DNA of 64,000 nucleotides from the human T2T-CHM13v2.0 reference genome, Homo sapiens: NCBI RefSeq assembly GCF_009914755.1, contig NC_060938.1; one strand, written 5' to 3'. The position numbers and the translations under genes are program-made. The notes under the pieces are model-generated. The model had not been told where the DNA came from. It did not search any database and saw only the letters and a list, made by a program, of their open reading frames with translations. Positions 31,914-44,959 of the stretch are shown in pieces (position 1 is the stretch's first letter; each line of letters starts with the position of its first letter).

Positions 31914-32039
31914 AAACTACACTACCAATTTAACTCTCACCTATATTGGCCTATTTTCAGTTCCTTAAGTGGTTCATGCTATTATTATTGTTATTTTGCA
32001 ACATTTGACCTGAGTTATTTTACTTAATATGCAACAACA

Positions 32040-32180
32040 ACTTAAAAAGGAGGTACTTTTTACAAATAATGAGAGTCTTGATTGTGCCCAAGATCATAGA
32101 CTACATAAGTTAAAAAACCAGGCTTTTACACAGTTGACCTGAGCTTGGCCTCTCTGACTCCAAAGTTCATGCTGTTTCAT
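32040..32180 (-). mobile_element. MIR fragment
   Basis: gtgcccaagatcatagact...ctctctgactccaaagttcatgct. Confidence 0.55.
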
Positions 32181-32344
32181 CTAATGAAATGATTTTGAAC
32201 TCAGGTATCACATATTGTCAAATTTTTTCTTTTTTTTTTTTTTTTTAAGTGGCAAAGCTCTATTTGAACATTAAAGATTTTTTCATAGGTCTTTTTTACA
32301 CTTTTAAGTTTAAACAATTTTATCAAAATTATTTTGCCAGTGTT

Positions 32345-32730
32345 ACTTCTCTCAGAAGCAGGAACCAAGATGGGATTCAATAAGCAAGAGATTTCTTCAG
32401 GGAGATTCCTGTGAAGCATAAAGGGGAAGGAACAGGAGTAGACAGGGAAAGCATTCAGAATGTGATATAGATTGGACACCTGCAAAAGGAAAGAAGGAAG
32501 AAAAGATTGGGTAGGAAGAGCCTCAGAGCTAAGCGCAGTTCTTATGACGTTTCAGCTAGGCCAGTGGGAATCCCTGAGTCAAAACTGCCCATTAGAGGAG
32601 TTGTGTTTTAGGCAGGATTGGCTGGCACTAGAACCCCACTAGGCTCCTGGGAGCAGCAGCTAGTGCTGTCAGTCAACTACACTTTTCATAGCAGGTTCTC
32701 TTAAAAGAGATCTCAGTGGTATACCTCCAT
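32345..32730 (-). mobile_element. Old ERVL LTR (LTR16-like)
   Basis: cagaagcaggaaccaagatggga...cctgtgaagcataaaggggaagg...gcccattagaggagt resembles LTR16-family sequence. Confidence 0.55.
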
Positions 32731-33107
32731 GACTGCCATGCTATTGCATGCACACAGTTTAAAAATAAAATGGTACTACAATCTTACAATGAAAAAAGCT
32801 GTCCTATGCCTATTCCTACCCTTATCTAATTCTTTTCCCCATAGTCAAGCACTTTTAAGTCCTTTAGCTAATTCTTCTGGGATTTACATATTTTTAAATG
32901 ACATATGCCGCTATTTCTAGATTTTGTTCACTGTACATTTAGCCTCTGTTATCCTATTATGGAAGATAAAGTTTTAACTCATTTACATATTCCCCAACCA
33001 CCCCTTTTCTACAACAAGTTTTCCTCCTTGATTTTCTTACCATACATACATAAGCTTTGGTCATTTATTCAGTGTTTATATTATTATAGCTTTGTAAATA
33101 TTATTAA

Positions 33108-33471
<364 letters not shown>

Positions 33472-33576
33472 AAGTTGATTATCCTTTTTTGTGATGTGTT
33501 TTATTACTTACTCATCCTGAAGCTTTTTACTACAAAGTCTCTGTACATGATTGTCTTCAAGAAGCCTTCCAGGCTT

Positions 33577-33881
33577 CTTTTTTTCTTTTCTTTTTTTTTT
33601 TGAGACGGAGTCTTGCTCTGTTGCCCAGGTGGGAGTGCAGTGGTGTGATCTTGGCTCACTGCAACCTCTGCCTCCCAAGTTCAAGTGATTCTTCTGCCTC
33701 AGCCTCCTGAGTAGCTGGGATTACAGGCGCACACCACCACATCAGGCTAATTTTTGTATTTTTAGTAGAGACGGGGTTTCACCGTGTTGGTCAGGCTGGT
33801 CTGGAACTCCTGACCTCGTGGTCCACCCACCTCTGCCTCCCAAAGTGCTGGGATTACAGGCATGAGCCACCGCACATGGCC
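33577..33881 (-). mobile_element. AluS (AluSg-like) inserted in or next to the L1 tail
   Basis: Full dimer with T tract; tctttttt on both flanks. Confidence 0.95.
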
Positions 33882-35292
33882 TCTTTTTTAAAAAATTAAA
33901 TTAAATTAAATGTTATTTTTTATTATACTTTAAGTTCTGGGATACATGTGCAGAACGTGCAGGTTTGTTACATAGGTATACATGTGCCATAGTAGTTTGC
34001 TGCAGCCATCAAACCATCATCTACATTAGGTATTTCTCCTAAAACTATCCCTCCCGTAGTTCCCCACCCCCCAACAGGCCCCAGTGTGTGATGTTCCCCT
34101 CCCTGTGTCCCTGTGTTCTCATTGTTCCACTCCCACTTATGAGTGAGAACATGCAGTGTTTGTTTTTTCTGTTCCTGTGGTAGTTTGCTGAGAATGATGG
34201 TTTCCAGCTTCATCCATGTCCCTGCAAAGGACATGAACTCATTCTTTTTGATGGCTTAATAGTATTCCATGGTGTATATTTGCCACATTTTCTTAATCCA
34301 GTCTATCATTGATGGGCATTTGGGTTGGTTCCAAGTCTTCGCTATTGTGAGTAGTGCTGCAATAAACATATGTGTGCATGTGTTTTTATAGTAGAATGAT
34401 TTATAATGCTTTGGGTATATACCCAGTAATGGGATTGCTGGGTCAAATGGTATTTCTAGTTCTAGATCCTTGAGGAATCACCACACTGTCTTCCACAATG
34501 GTTGAACTAATTTACACTCCCACCAACAGTGTAAAAGCGTTCCTATCTCTCCACATCCTCTCCAGCATCTGTTGTTTCCTGACTTTTTAATGATCGCCAT
34601 TCTAACTGGCGTGAGATGGTATCTCATTGTGGTTTTGATTTGCATTTCTCTAATGACCAGTGATGAGGAGCTTTATTTCATATGTTTGTTGGCTGCATAA
34701 TTGTCTTCTTTTGATAAGTGTCTGTTCGTATCCTTCACCCACTTTTTGATGGAGTTGTTTGTTCTTTTTCTTACAAATTTGTTTAAGTTCTTTGTAGATT
34801 CTGGATATTAGACCTTTGTCAGATGGATAGACTGCAAAAATTTTCTCCCATTCTGTAGGTTGCCTGTTCACTCTGCTGATAGTTTCTTTTACTGTGCAGA
34901 AGCTCTTTAGTTTAATTAGATCCCATTTGTCAATTTTGGCATTTGTTGCCATTGCTTTTGGTGTTTTAGTCATGAAGTCTTTGCCCATGCCTGTGTTCTG
35001 AATGGCATTGCTTAGGTTTTCTGCTAGGGTTTTTATGGTTTTAGGTCTTACGTTTAAGTCTTTAACCCATCTTGAGTTAATTTTTGTATAGGGTGTTAGG
35101 AAGGGGTCCAGTTTCAGTTTTCTGCATATGGCTAGCCAGTTTTCCGAACACCATTTATTAAATCAAGAATCCTTTCTCCATTGCTTGTTTTGGTCAGGTT
35201 TGTCAAAGATCAGATGGTTGTAGATGTGTGGTGTTATTTCTGAGGGCTCTGTTCTGTTCCATTGGTCTATATATCTGTTTTGGTACCAGTAT
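33882..35292 (-). mobile_element. 5'-truncated L1PA (about L1PA7/8), ~1.4 kb
   Basis: ttattatactttaagttctgggatacatgtgcagaacgtgcagg 3' UTR; ORF2 C-terminal remnant 34650..34988. Confidence 0.93.
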
Positions 35293-35454
35293 TGGTACCA
35301 AATAATGGTTCCTTCAGGAACCACTATTTCAGTTGCAAATTATATATGTATTAAATTAATGGTTGAAAATACAACGTGAGCCAGAATCTTTTCTGCTTTT
35401 GGTTGCCATAATATTTTTAGCACTTAGTATTAGCCTGGCAAACAACAAGAAAAG

Positions 35455-35660
35455 CTTACTAGTTACTACTATGTGCCACTGATTGTTGTAAGTATATCAG
35501 GTATATTAACTTACTTAATTCTTAAAACAAACTTATGAAGTAGGTAACGTTACTATCCCTACTGTACAAATATGAAACTTGAAGCACAGAGAAGTTATGT
35601 AACTTGAGTCGTGGATATGCAGCTAGTAAGTAGCAGAGCTAAGATTGGAACCCATTCTAT
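35455..35660 (-). mobile_element. MIR
   Basis: ttactatgtgcca...gaagcacagagaagttatgtaacttg...gctagtaagtagcagagctaagattggaaccca. Confidence 0.78.
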
Positions 35661-37804
35661 CACCCACTAATAGTATTTATTTGAGAAGGTGGAATGAATG
35701 AATTGCAAAAAGTTCTTTAGGACTCTTTTAGATGAAAACAGTAACGTAGTGGGCTGCTCTTGGTCCCCTGTAGGTAGAATATTCATGAGTACATGCTGCA
35801 TTATTATGTCATTTTTAAGTAAACTGAAAGAAAGGCAGCATTGAAAGCATTAAATCAAGCACTTAATTCACTTACGGCTATGTAAAAAAAAAAAAAACTG
35901 TGCCCATTCAGACTCAACCTTCTAAATCTCCCAAAAGTTAATTGCCAAAGCTCTCCAAGGAAAATGAAGTGCCTTTGTTTAGCAGACGAGCTAGTTGGGT
36001 GGTTTTCCTACTTTCCCTTACTTTTTTGATGCTTTATGGTGGTTTATGCAACAAGTACCTTGTTGAATATTCTAATCTGTTACCTAATCTGTTGAGATAT
36101 AGCATTTGTGTAAAACAAATCAGATCGGAAAAATTCTAGCTTTCCATTTTGGGCTCTGACTTACTCATTTCTCATGCTTTCAATAATTCAGTTCACTAAG
36201 AATGAATTTAAAAACATAGCATGCCCGACTGTTTTTCTGTCTACGATCTTAATATTTCTCTTTCCTTGGCATACCAAGTTTCAACCTTTAATGCACAACA
36301 AAAACCTTACCAATTCCTCATACCCCTATTCTTAGTAAATTTGTAAAAGGGCTTTTGTTTTCTTAGAAATGTTTAAAGATAAATGTTAGAGTAAAGCATT
36401 CTTTCTGTGTAACATGTCCAGATTTGTTTCCCACTTCAATTAGCTCCGGAGATTGTTTTAGTGGATATTGCTTTATCTTATTAAGAACTTTAGCTAGCAT
36501 CTAAAATTGTATTGGCAGGATTAATTGCACAGAAATTGCATCCATGGGTTTGTTATAGATAATTTCAACTTGATGTTACTTCTCTAATATTTTACTTTTT
36601 GAAATGGAATCAGGTATGCTTTCCCAAAAATGATGGTACAGTGTTTCACTAGATTTGAAAGTTTCATTTGATATTTGCATTTTTACAAGACAGACTGTGG
36701 TATAAATGTAACAGTGAAAGACATTAAAAATTACTGTGTTCTACTAGAGAAATACAGTTGTTGCAAATCAGAATGGAAGTTAATCTGAAATTGAAATGGT
36801 AATTTCCTAATTTCCTACATCCTTTTTTTTTAAACAGTATTCTGAGTTACTTTTTGTCAGAATACTTGTGCTGTACTTAGGTAAGCTTAAGTAGAAAAGA
36901 TTTAGTAAGAGGCTTAACATTATATAAAAGGGGGAAATATGTGACCTCCTTATTGGTGTAATTTGAAGGATACTAAAATTAATGTAATTGTAAAATTTAG
37001 GAAAGTTATGGGCATGGGGTAACCTTTATGAATGATCAGACATGGATAAGATGTTATGCTGGTTTAGGCAGCCAAGGAATGGTTTGATGATCATTTTGTA
37101 GTGATGGGGTGGGAATGGAGGTAGAATAATATCAAAGATAAAATAGGACCTGCTTTATAATTTTGCACAAGTGTTTGACTTGTCCATTTGCTTTCACTAA
37201 GAACCAGAAAATAAGGAGTAACATCCTAGATTCTACTGAGGACCAAAGCCAATCAGAAGAGGCAGCTTTAAACATTGAGATGTTTATGAAAGGCACTTCA
37301 TATCCTGAGTGCCTTTCACACAGTAGATACTATACTGAATGAATGAATGAAATGGTATGTAGAAAGAAGAGACTAGGAGAAGAAGGTGAATGCAGAAAAT
37401 TATTTTGTTTTAGAGGGCAGTGGCCATAATCATTTTGTCTGTTTTTTAGATTACCTCCCTTTCTACCTTGCTACATACTAGGAAAAATGGCTACCTATGA
37501 TAGTCAGGTTAAACCTTGAAATAGGCTTATATTTGAACAGAACTGAATGAAGTGAGGAACGTGGCACAGTAGATATCTGGTGAGAGCATTCCAGAGGGAA
37601 ATGAAGAGGTAGCTGCTGCAAACTTGGTCCCCATAGTACCTCAGTATCTGTTTGCCAGCAAGCTGCCTTGAGCTTCTAGGACCTTACCAATATATCCCAA
37701 CTTTCTGTCTTCTTGGAAAAACTCCAGTGATGTTCCTCTTCGTTGCTTACCTGTTAAGAATAGTATCTCTCATTTACTCAGTTCCAACCAAGTCCCCAGA
37801 TGCG

Positions 37805-37955
37805 GGTTATTTAATTTAATTCTCACAACAACTATGCAAAATAGGCTTTGCTAGCTCCATTTTGAAAATGAGAAAAATGAGTGCCCAAGAGTTCACATAA
37901 TTTGGTAGCAGTGGCAGATCTTGGCATTGAATGGAGGCTTTATAATTATGAAGCT
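37805..37955 (-). mobile_element. MIR
   Basis: atttaattctcacaacaactatg...ccattttgaaaatgagaaaaatgag...agtggcagatcttggcattgaa. Confidence 0.6.
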
Positions 37956-38064
37956 CATTTTTTTTTCATTTTACATGGTTTCTGAATATTAATTTGGCTT
38001 ATCTATGTCCTACAACCTTGCTTTCAGGTAAGAGCATGTGTATCTAATACCCAAAATGGATATT

Positions 38065-38745
38065 TTTTTAATTTAAATGTTTTATTTTGAGATAATTGTA
38101 GATTCACATGTAATTGCAAGGAAAAATACAGAGGAGATCTTGTGTATCCTTTATCCTACTTTTCATAATGATAACATCTTGAAAAACTATGGTACAATTA
38201 GGAAGAGAAGAATTGAGGCAAGTCCTAACCATTGCACACAACTATAACATAATACAAGGATTTAACATTGACACAATTCATTGATCTCGTTCCAATTTCC
38301 TTTGTTTTACCTGTACTTGTGTGTGTGTATGTGTGTGTGCATGCACATGTGTATATGTGTTTAGTTCTGTGCAATTTTATCACATGTACAGGTTTGTGTA
38401 TCTATCAGCACAGTCAAGATACAGAACAGTCCCATCACATAAAAATCCTTCATGTTGCTTTTTTACAACTACACTCATTTCTCCCTGCCTCCAAATGCCT
38501 TGCATTCTTAACACCTGGCAATCACTAATCTGTTCTCCATTTCTATAATTTTGTTATTTCAAAAATATTATATACATGGGATCATACAGTATATATCTTT
38601 GGGATTGCCTTCCCCCTCCCCATTCATCATAATTCTGTAGAGATTCATTCAAGATGCATCTGTCAATACTCCAGTCCTTTTTATTGCTGAGTACCATTCC
38701 ATGTTTTGGGTGTACTACAGTTTGATTAACCATTGAATGGGTTGA
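38065..38745 (-). mobile_element. L1MC 3' UTR fragment
   Basis: ttttattttgagataattgtagattcacatg, cctggcaatcactaatctgttctccatttctataattttg, tttttattgctgagta. Confidence 0.82.
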
Positions 38746-39689
38746 TATTTTACGCCTCTTAAGAAATATGTGCATTTTAATAATGGCTACCAGCAGTCAA
38801 TGTCCTAATTCAAAAGTAGAGAATTTAATGTTGAGAACATAAGTTGATAAAGACTAGAGGATTTTAGGGAAAGGTATGATCTTAAGTTTCTTTTTGGTTA
38901 CACCATGTAAGTATATGATAGTAGGAAACCTACACTTCCATTTTATGCTTGATCTCACTGACGGTGTTTCAGATGATGCTGCCATGGTATTTCCTGTAAC
39001 TGGATGAGATACAGTCCTTTGCAGGAGAAAAAATGCTTTCATCCCATGTACATTGTCTTGAATTTTAAGAGGTGTTGCTATGTAAGCAAGCGTGGTTCAG
39101 TTTTACAAAAGAAACAAAGACAGACAGTCACGAGAAATGTCATGTTTATCTTTTATATCTTATGGATGAATCTCAAATAGTTTTTCTCTTGGCTGCTTAT
39201 TCTCGACTCTAACCAAGTGTCACCACTTATCTTCTGCTGTAAACCTCACGTAGGTCAAATTTGTGAATTGCCTCCTGTTGAACCAGGAAGCTTATAAGGT
39301 TTTTTTTTCTTGATGCAAGTGGTTGGTTTTATTAAAACAAAAAAAGGATATATTCTTTATGTATTGCTTGGCCTCAATTTGCTTTACAGGTTTTCAATTA
39401 CTGATCCTCTTACTATGTTTGATTGTAGGTATGTAAGTTGCCTCACTGGTTTCCTCTTGTACGGCCTATAGTGACCTTGAGACCTACCCACATTTAACTC
39501 AATTCTCCTTTTTGTTATTGTGTATCCACCGCATCAAAGCCCATTTAAATTCACTGGCCAGTGAGGGTTTAAAACTAAAATCTGTGTAGTACTGTGATGT
39601 ATTTGACTGAGGAATATGCACCTTTTCTTTTAAACTATGAGCCTGAGTTTTTATGAAGAGAAGGGTGAATAGCACTTCAATTTCTATAT

Positions 39690-39790
39690 TAATTCAATAA
39701 GTATTTATTGAGCACTTATGTTATGTAAGTCACCATGCCAAATGTTGTGATGGCCATGGAGATGAGTTGGCCTTCAAGGAACATGTTCTA
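39690..39790 (-). mobile_element. L2 3' terminal fragment
   Basis: attcaataagtatttattgagcactta...ccttcaagga. Confidence 0.55.
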
Positions 39791-41203
39791 ACAGCAAACA
39801 TAAGACAGGGTTATCTTATCTAATGCAAGATACTGATAAGGCTAATGGAAACCTGAAAGGATCATGAAGATTTCTTGACCTTAAGTTTCTGTCTTGTAGT
39901 ATTAGTCTAATGACTGTGTCACCTGCTATAGTTTGCAGAATGTGTTCACAGCTTACATAGATATTCTTATTTAATATTTATGATTCTTCTTTATAGATTA
40001 AGACAGTGAAGCTTGGACATGTGGAGACAGAGTTCAAAGAAAAACCCAAGGCTTTGAATGTGGCATTTATGAGACTTTACCAAGAGGCTTTACATGAATA
40101 TGTTTTGTTTTAGCAAGGATCTTAGGTTTTAAAATTTTACTTAAGGTTGCATAGACTATCTTGCAACTGAATGATATAGAGGTAATGAATTCACAAGTCA
40201 ATTAAAATTGTTTCATTTTCCTTTAAAATAATAACCCTCAAAATAAATACTTTTTTCCTCCTATAAAATATGTGAATTAACTCTCTCTCCATGGATGTAA
40301 TTTTGAATTATGTTGATTAGAGGGTAAATCAGGAGAACTGCATATGAGAATATGAATGTTTAAATAATTATCATTAATTTAAGTGTCCTTAAGGCGCTTT
40401 AGCTGCTCAAGTGAGCATTTGCTTAATTTAAATTGAATTAAAAATGATCTATGGGGGAAACAGTTTCTAAAGCACAACTAGAGTTTCATGAAAATGAGAG
40501 GAATCAGAGATGTGTTACAAAGATCTAACATTGCAAGGATGGAATTTTGAGACACACTGATGTAGATATTCCTAAATGTTATATTTGTGCAAAATTACAA
40601 TGTCAAATAGTGCTTCACAGGGCAGAAAACTTAATGCTGAAGGTTTCTTTCCAGTGGCGCAGAGCCCTATGGAAGGTTCATTTCTTGCTTTCAAATTTAG
40701 GAGCATCTAGGAAATTCCTTGAAGGATAATTTTATGTAGAATGTATTAAAATATTCCAATCTTTTTTCACCTTCTGGGAGGCTGACCAGAACTCATAAGG
40801 GAAGGACAACACATAAGGGCTCATAAGTAACATTAAATAGGTGAACTTTCCTTGTTTTAGATATGTATTTTTAGGGAATTGCATAAGCAAACCAGTATAT
40901 ATAGTATGGCTGTTGGTTCACTGATGGGAATCACTTGGGCATGGTTTGAATCTTAAAATCATCCTGTCTGGCTTGGCACCTCTATTTCAATGGGAAAAGC
41001 ACTGCTAGAAGTGAGAGTAGAAAGTGATGAGAGGGACAGCAGCCCTAGAAAAGAGCTAGGGGAAATGAACAGTACTGTCACAAATGTGGGGAGGCTCTTG
41101 TGTACTTGCTCACTGCCATCATTGTACTTTGAATACTGATAAAAGAAGGAGCACAAGACTGCCCTTCTTTGTTTACCAAGTAGGTGAGGTCAGGCAGCTA
41201 AGG

Positions 41204-41275
41204 CAAAACAAAACAAAACAAACAAAACAAAACAAAACAAACAAAACAAAACAAAACCAAAAAACACACAAAAAC
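41204..41275. repeat. (CAAAA)n/(CAAA)n simple repeat
   Basis: Direct reading. Confidence 0.95.
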
Positions 41276-41401
41276 TGAAAAATCCAGCTAAAGACCTTAA
41301 GACATGGCCCCAGGAAGTTTAAAAAACTTTAAGAGGGCTTAATCTTCCAGAGTGTATAAGATTGGCAAAGGGGTTCAAGTCAAACTTATCTAGATCTCAG
41401 G

Positions 41402-41939
41402 TGGCAGGGAAAAGAGCTAACATAGCTGGGCTGAGACTATTTTTAGAAAGGCCTGGCTGCAGGGTTGGCCTTTGGCTGGCATCTTGGTACTTAGATTTTG
41501 GGCATGTTTCCCACCATTCTCTGACTTATAAGAGTAGTTTATTGTGCCTAAACTATTTGTGCAAACAATGTGGCTTACGTTAAGCACCTGCCTTCATTCT
41601 GAGAATCTAGAATTTAGGTATGTCCTAGGCAGAGGTTCTTATATGGCCAGCTCCCAGTAAAACCTTGGGCACTAAGTCTCTAATGAGATGTCCTAGGAGG
41701 CAACATTTTACAAGTGTCATAGTTCAATGCTGAAGCAATTTAAGTTGCCCTATATGACTCTACAGGGACAAGATGTTTAGAAATGTGTACTTGGTTTTCC
41801 TCAGACTCTGTCCCATGTATTTTTTCCCTTTACTGATTTTGCTTGTACCCTTTGGCTGTAGTATATCATAACTGTGAGTTCTGTGAGTCTGCCTAGCACA
41901 TCACCAAATCTGGGGATGGACTTGGGGACTCCAGGCACA
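41402..41939 (+). mobile_element. MER68-like ERVL solo LTR
   Basis: aaaagagctaacatagc...ttagaaaggcctggctgcagggttggcctttggctggcatct; ends ttggggactccaggcaCA. Confidence 0.72.
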
Positions 41940-43152
41940 GAACCATAACTGGAATAGACTTACAGGTGAAATAAAAGTTGTAATGTGGGATATGGTACAT
42001 TCTGGAACTTAAACTAGGGATGTTTGAAATAACTCTTTACTAGCATTTTAACTCTTGACAACTGTATCCAGAAATTAGCACATGTGGACTGAGGTCCTTC
42101 TAACATAAGAACAATAAAATCAGATTAAGGGAAGTGGAGCCCATATAATCTTCCCCTGCTCTCAATATAAATGGAGTCTTGTGAATTTAATCTACTAGAA
42201 GAGTAGTTAATAATCTGTTAATGGAAAATCCCTAAATGGACCTTTTGGTAGAAAACTCCTAGTTCTAGCAGTGCAGGCACAAATAAAGGGAGAGAGCCCC
42301 ACTGACAGCATGACAAGAATTTTATGGCCTGGTGTTAAGCATCCATAGTTAATATGATAAATTTTTCTTAGTTAAATGCAAACCAAGTTCCTTTCGCCTT
42401 TCTTCTTTGCTGAACATTTTTAAATGTTAGAGTTGGACAGCAAACTCTGTTAGAAATCCAAGGAAAAATGCCCTTACATCTAAAAGAAAGTGCTAACTGA
42501 ATTGTAAATGCATACAATTTAGTGTTAGGACATAGTCTGGCTTGTACAATGTGTCCAAGTGGGACAAAGCCTCCATTTGGGGAAATAAATCCCTTTGCTT
42601 AAAAAAGTTGCAACAAAAAAATTTCAATCTTTTCAAAGACTATTTAAAAGAATATTTGACTTTTGTTTTGTCTATTCATTCTCAAACTGAAGTAGGAAAA
42701 TATGCCTTTGAAACTGTTTATTTTTTATATGCAGTTTATTTATATAGCCCTTTTTGGTGTTTTGACACTCAAAAGGTTTATGAAAGCATGGATAGCTGCT
42801 ACTCTGCTACATTTAGAACTCTATGAAAACTAACAGTGAAGGTAATGATTTCTTACATGAACAAACAAAACTGGATTTATACACTGCCCTGTTACCAGAG
42901 GTAGGACCTAAATTAAGGGGGAATCTTGAAGTTGTGTGGTTCCAGTTCTGCCTTGTTCTTACTATCGACTACTGGTTGGTGTCTTCACATACTGATAAGG
43001 TAACTGGCATGTTGCTCAAAAAGCAAATGCATTTGGAATATGTGATAGAGCTGATTAGTTTGGATATTTTAGATTAAGATGAATTATTTGGAGAGAGGTG
43101 AGGGTGTTACTTTCCCTTTTTATGTAGAGATAGGTCTTTGAATTAGATCAAA

Positions 43153-43298
43153 TAGGATGATCATATAACTTGTCATGCAACAGGACACTTTTGAGAGTCA
43201 AAGGGAAAGCTATTGATAATTACATTGGGATAAAATGTATAATGTATAATGTATAAACTGGGATTATTCCTGAGAGAACTGAGACATGTGGTCATCTC
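43153..43298. mobile_element. hAT-Blackjack MITE (MER81/MER94-like)
   Basis: taggatgatcatataa...ggacacttttgagagtcaaaggg...gacatgtggtcatct with degenerate inverted termini. Confidence 0.65.
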
Positions 43299-43401
43299 AA
43301 CACTGAACACTTATTTTCTACTCTTTTTCCTTTCATGGGTATTATGGGTATTTGTGAGATTGTGAAGTATTTTAAATGTGGGAGAAAATAATCAGCAAAC
43401 C

Positions 43402-43968
43402 TGTGTTAGTTGATACTAAAACATGGCCTCAAAATTCTTTGTTACTTAACCCATTGAGAGGTGGGGTATTATTTTCTCTATGACACCACCCCTTGAATCT
43501 GAGTGGGCCTATGGCTTCTTTGAACAATAGAGTATGATGGAGGTGATGCTGTGTGATTTACAAGGCTGAGTCAATAGATGATGTAGCTTTTGCCTTGTTT
43601 CTGGGGCACTCCTGTTTGGAGCCCTGAGCTGCCACATAGGAAATCTAATGACCCTGGGACCATCATGCCATGAAGAAGCAAAGCCACAGATATTACAGGT
43701 CACATGCTGGTGTTCTGGTCAGCAGTCCTAGTCTTCAAGTCATCTCAGAGTAGATGTATGTGAGTGAACAAGCCTTTAGATGACCCCAATATGTAGCCTT
43801 TAAGTCTTCCCAGTTGAGAGCAGTGTCACTGTGGAGCAAAGATGAGCCATCCCTGCATGACCCTTTCTAAATTTTCTGACCCACCAAATCCATGAGCATA
43901 ATAAAATGGTTTTTTTTAAGCCATTAAGTTTTAGGGAAATTTGTTATACAGTAATAGTAATGGGAATA
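43402..43968 (+). mobile_element. MLT1 (MLT1G/H-like) solo LTR
   Basis: cccattgagaggtgggg, cccttgaatctg, ggagccctgagctgccac, aataaaatggtt..taagccattaagttttaggg. Confidence 0.78.
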
Positions 43969-44915
43969 CTGAGCTTTCTATTTTTGCATTTATCTGTTTC
44001 AAGGTACTCCTGGACTTTCTGTAGTACCCTTGGCTCTGAGCAGAAAAATCTCACTGTTCTACAAACACACTGTTGGTCCTCTCTGAGGTGGATCCCTATG
44101 TCTTGAGTCACTCTCTCCACATATTAGCTCTCTTGAGGCACATTTATTTTCTTGAAATTTATTGTGGACTCTGATACATGCTGACTTTCCTCTCCGAATC
44201 ATGATATTATCCACTATAATATCAATAGTGTATCAATAGAGCTTTAGTCTATGCTATTTGTATTGCTCACTGTTGTTTTATATGTTTCTTTTCTCCTCAG
44301 CTTGGTGATAATACAAGTTCTTGAAGATAGGAGGCATGCTGTGTATTTTATATTGTGTAGCAATAATATAGTGGTAAACACAGGGGAGAGATTATTTTCC
44401 TGGTACTTCCTGAGACCATATTTATATTTTCAATATTTCACTTTGATCACAAAGTGTGGTAGATATCTGATATTGGCATTTAAAAGCCATTATCAAGGAT
44501 AATTTTGAATTGTAAAGAAAGAGCAGAAGAGATTATTTTAGATGTGCTTGTGCAAGGTAAGCTAATGAGATACTGGGAAACAAAAGCACAAAATGAATAG
44601 CTTTATTTGTGGGATAAACAAGGCTCTCAGAATGTGCCAATAAAAAATCTTTATTATTAGGTGGATTTAGATTCTTTTAAAGCTTTTGATCATGTTTTAT
44701 GTCTAATAAAGTTTCTTCAGGGAAAAGTAAAGCCTAAAATCTTTCCCATAAATTAGTTGATGCTTTTATTTTTCCTAAATCCATGATCATGTTCAAATAA
44801 GGAAAGCTTTAAGGGAGATTCCTTAGCAATGGATAAAAAGAAATTCTCAAAGAATTAGAAATATGCTAAGGAGATGCAGAAGAATGTTTTAAGGTTAATT
44901 GCCTAGGTGGATTTT

Positions 44916-44959
44916 CAGGTTACACGAAGATAGGGTACAGGTTACATGAAGACAGGGTA
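44916..44959. repeat. 22-bp tandem duplication
   Basis: caggttacacgaagatagggta / caggttacatgaagacagggta. Confidence 0.85.
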
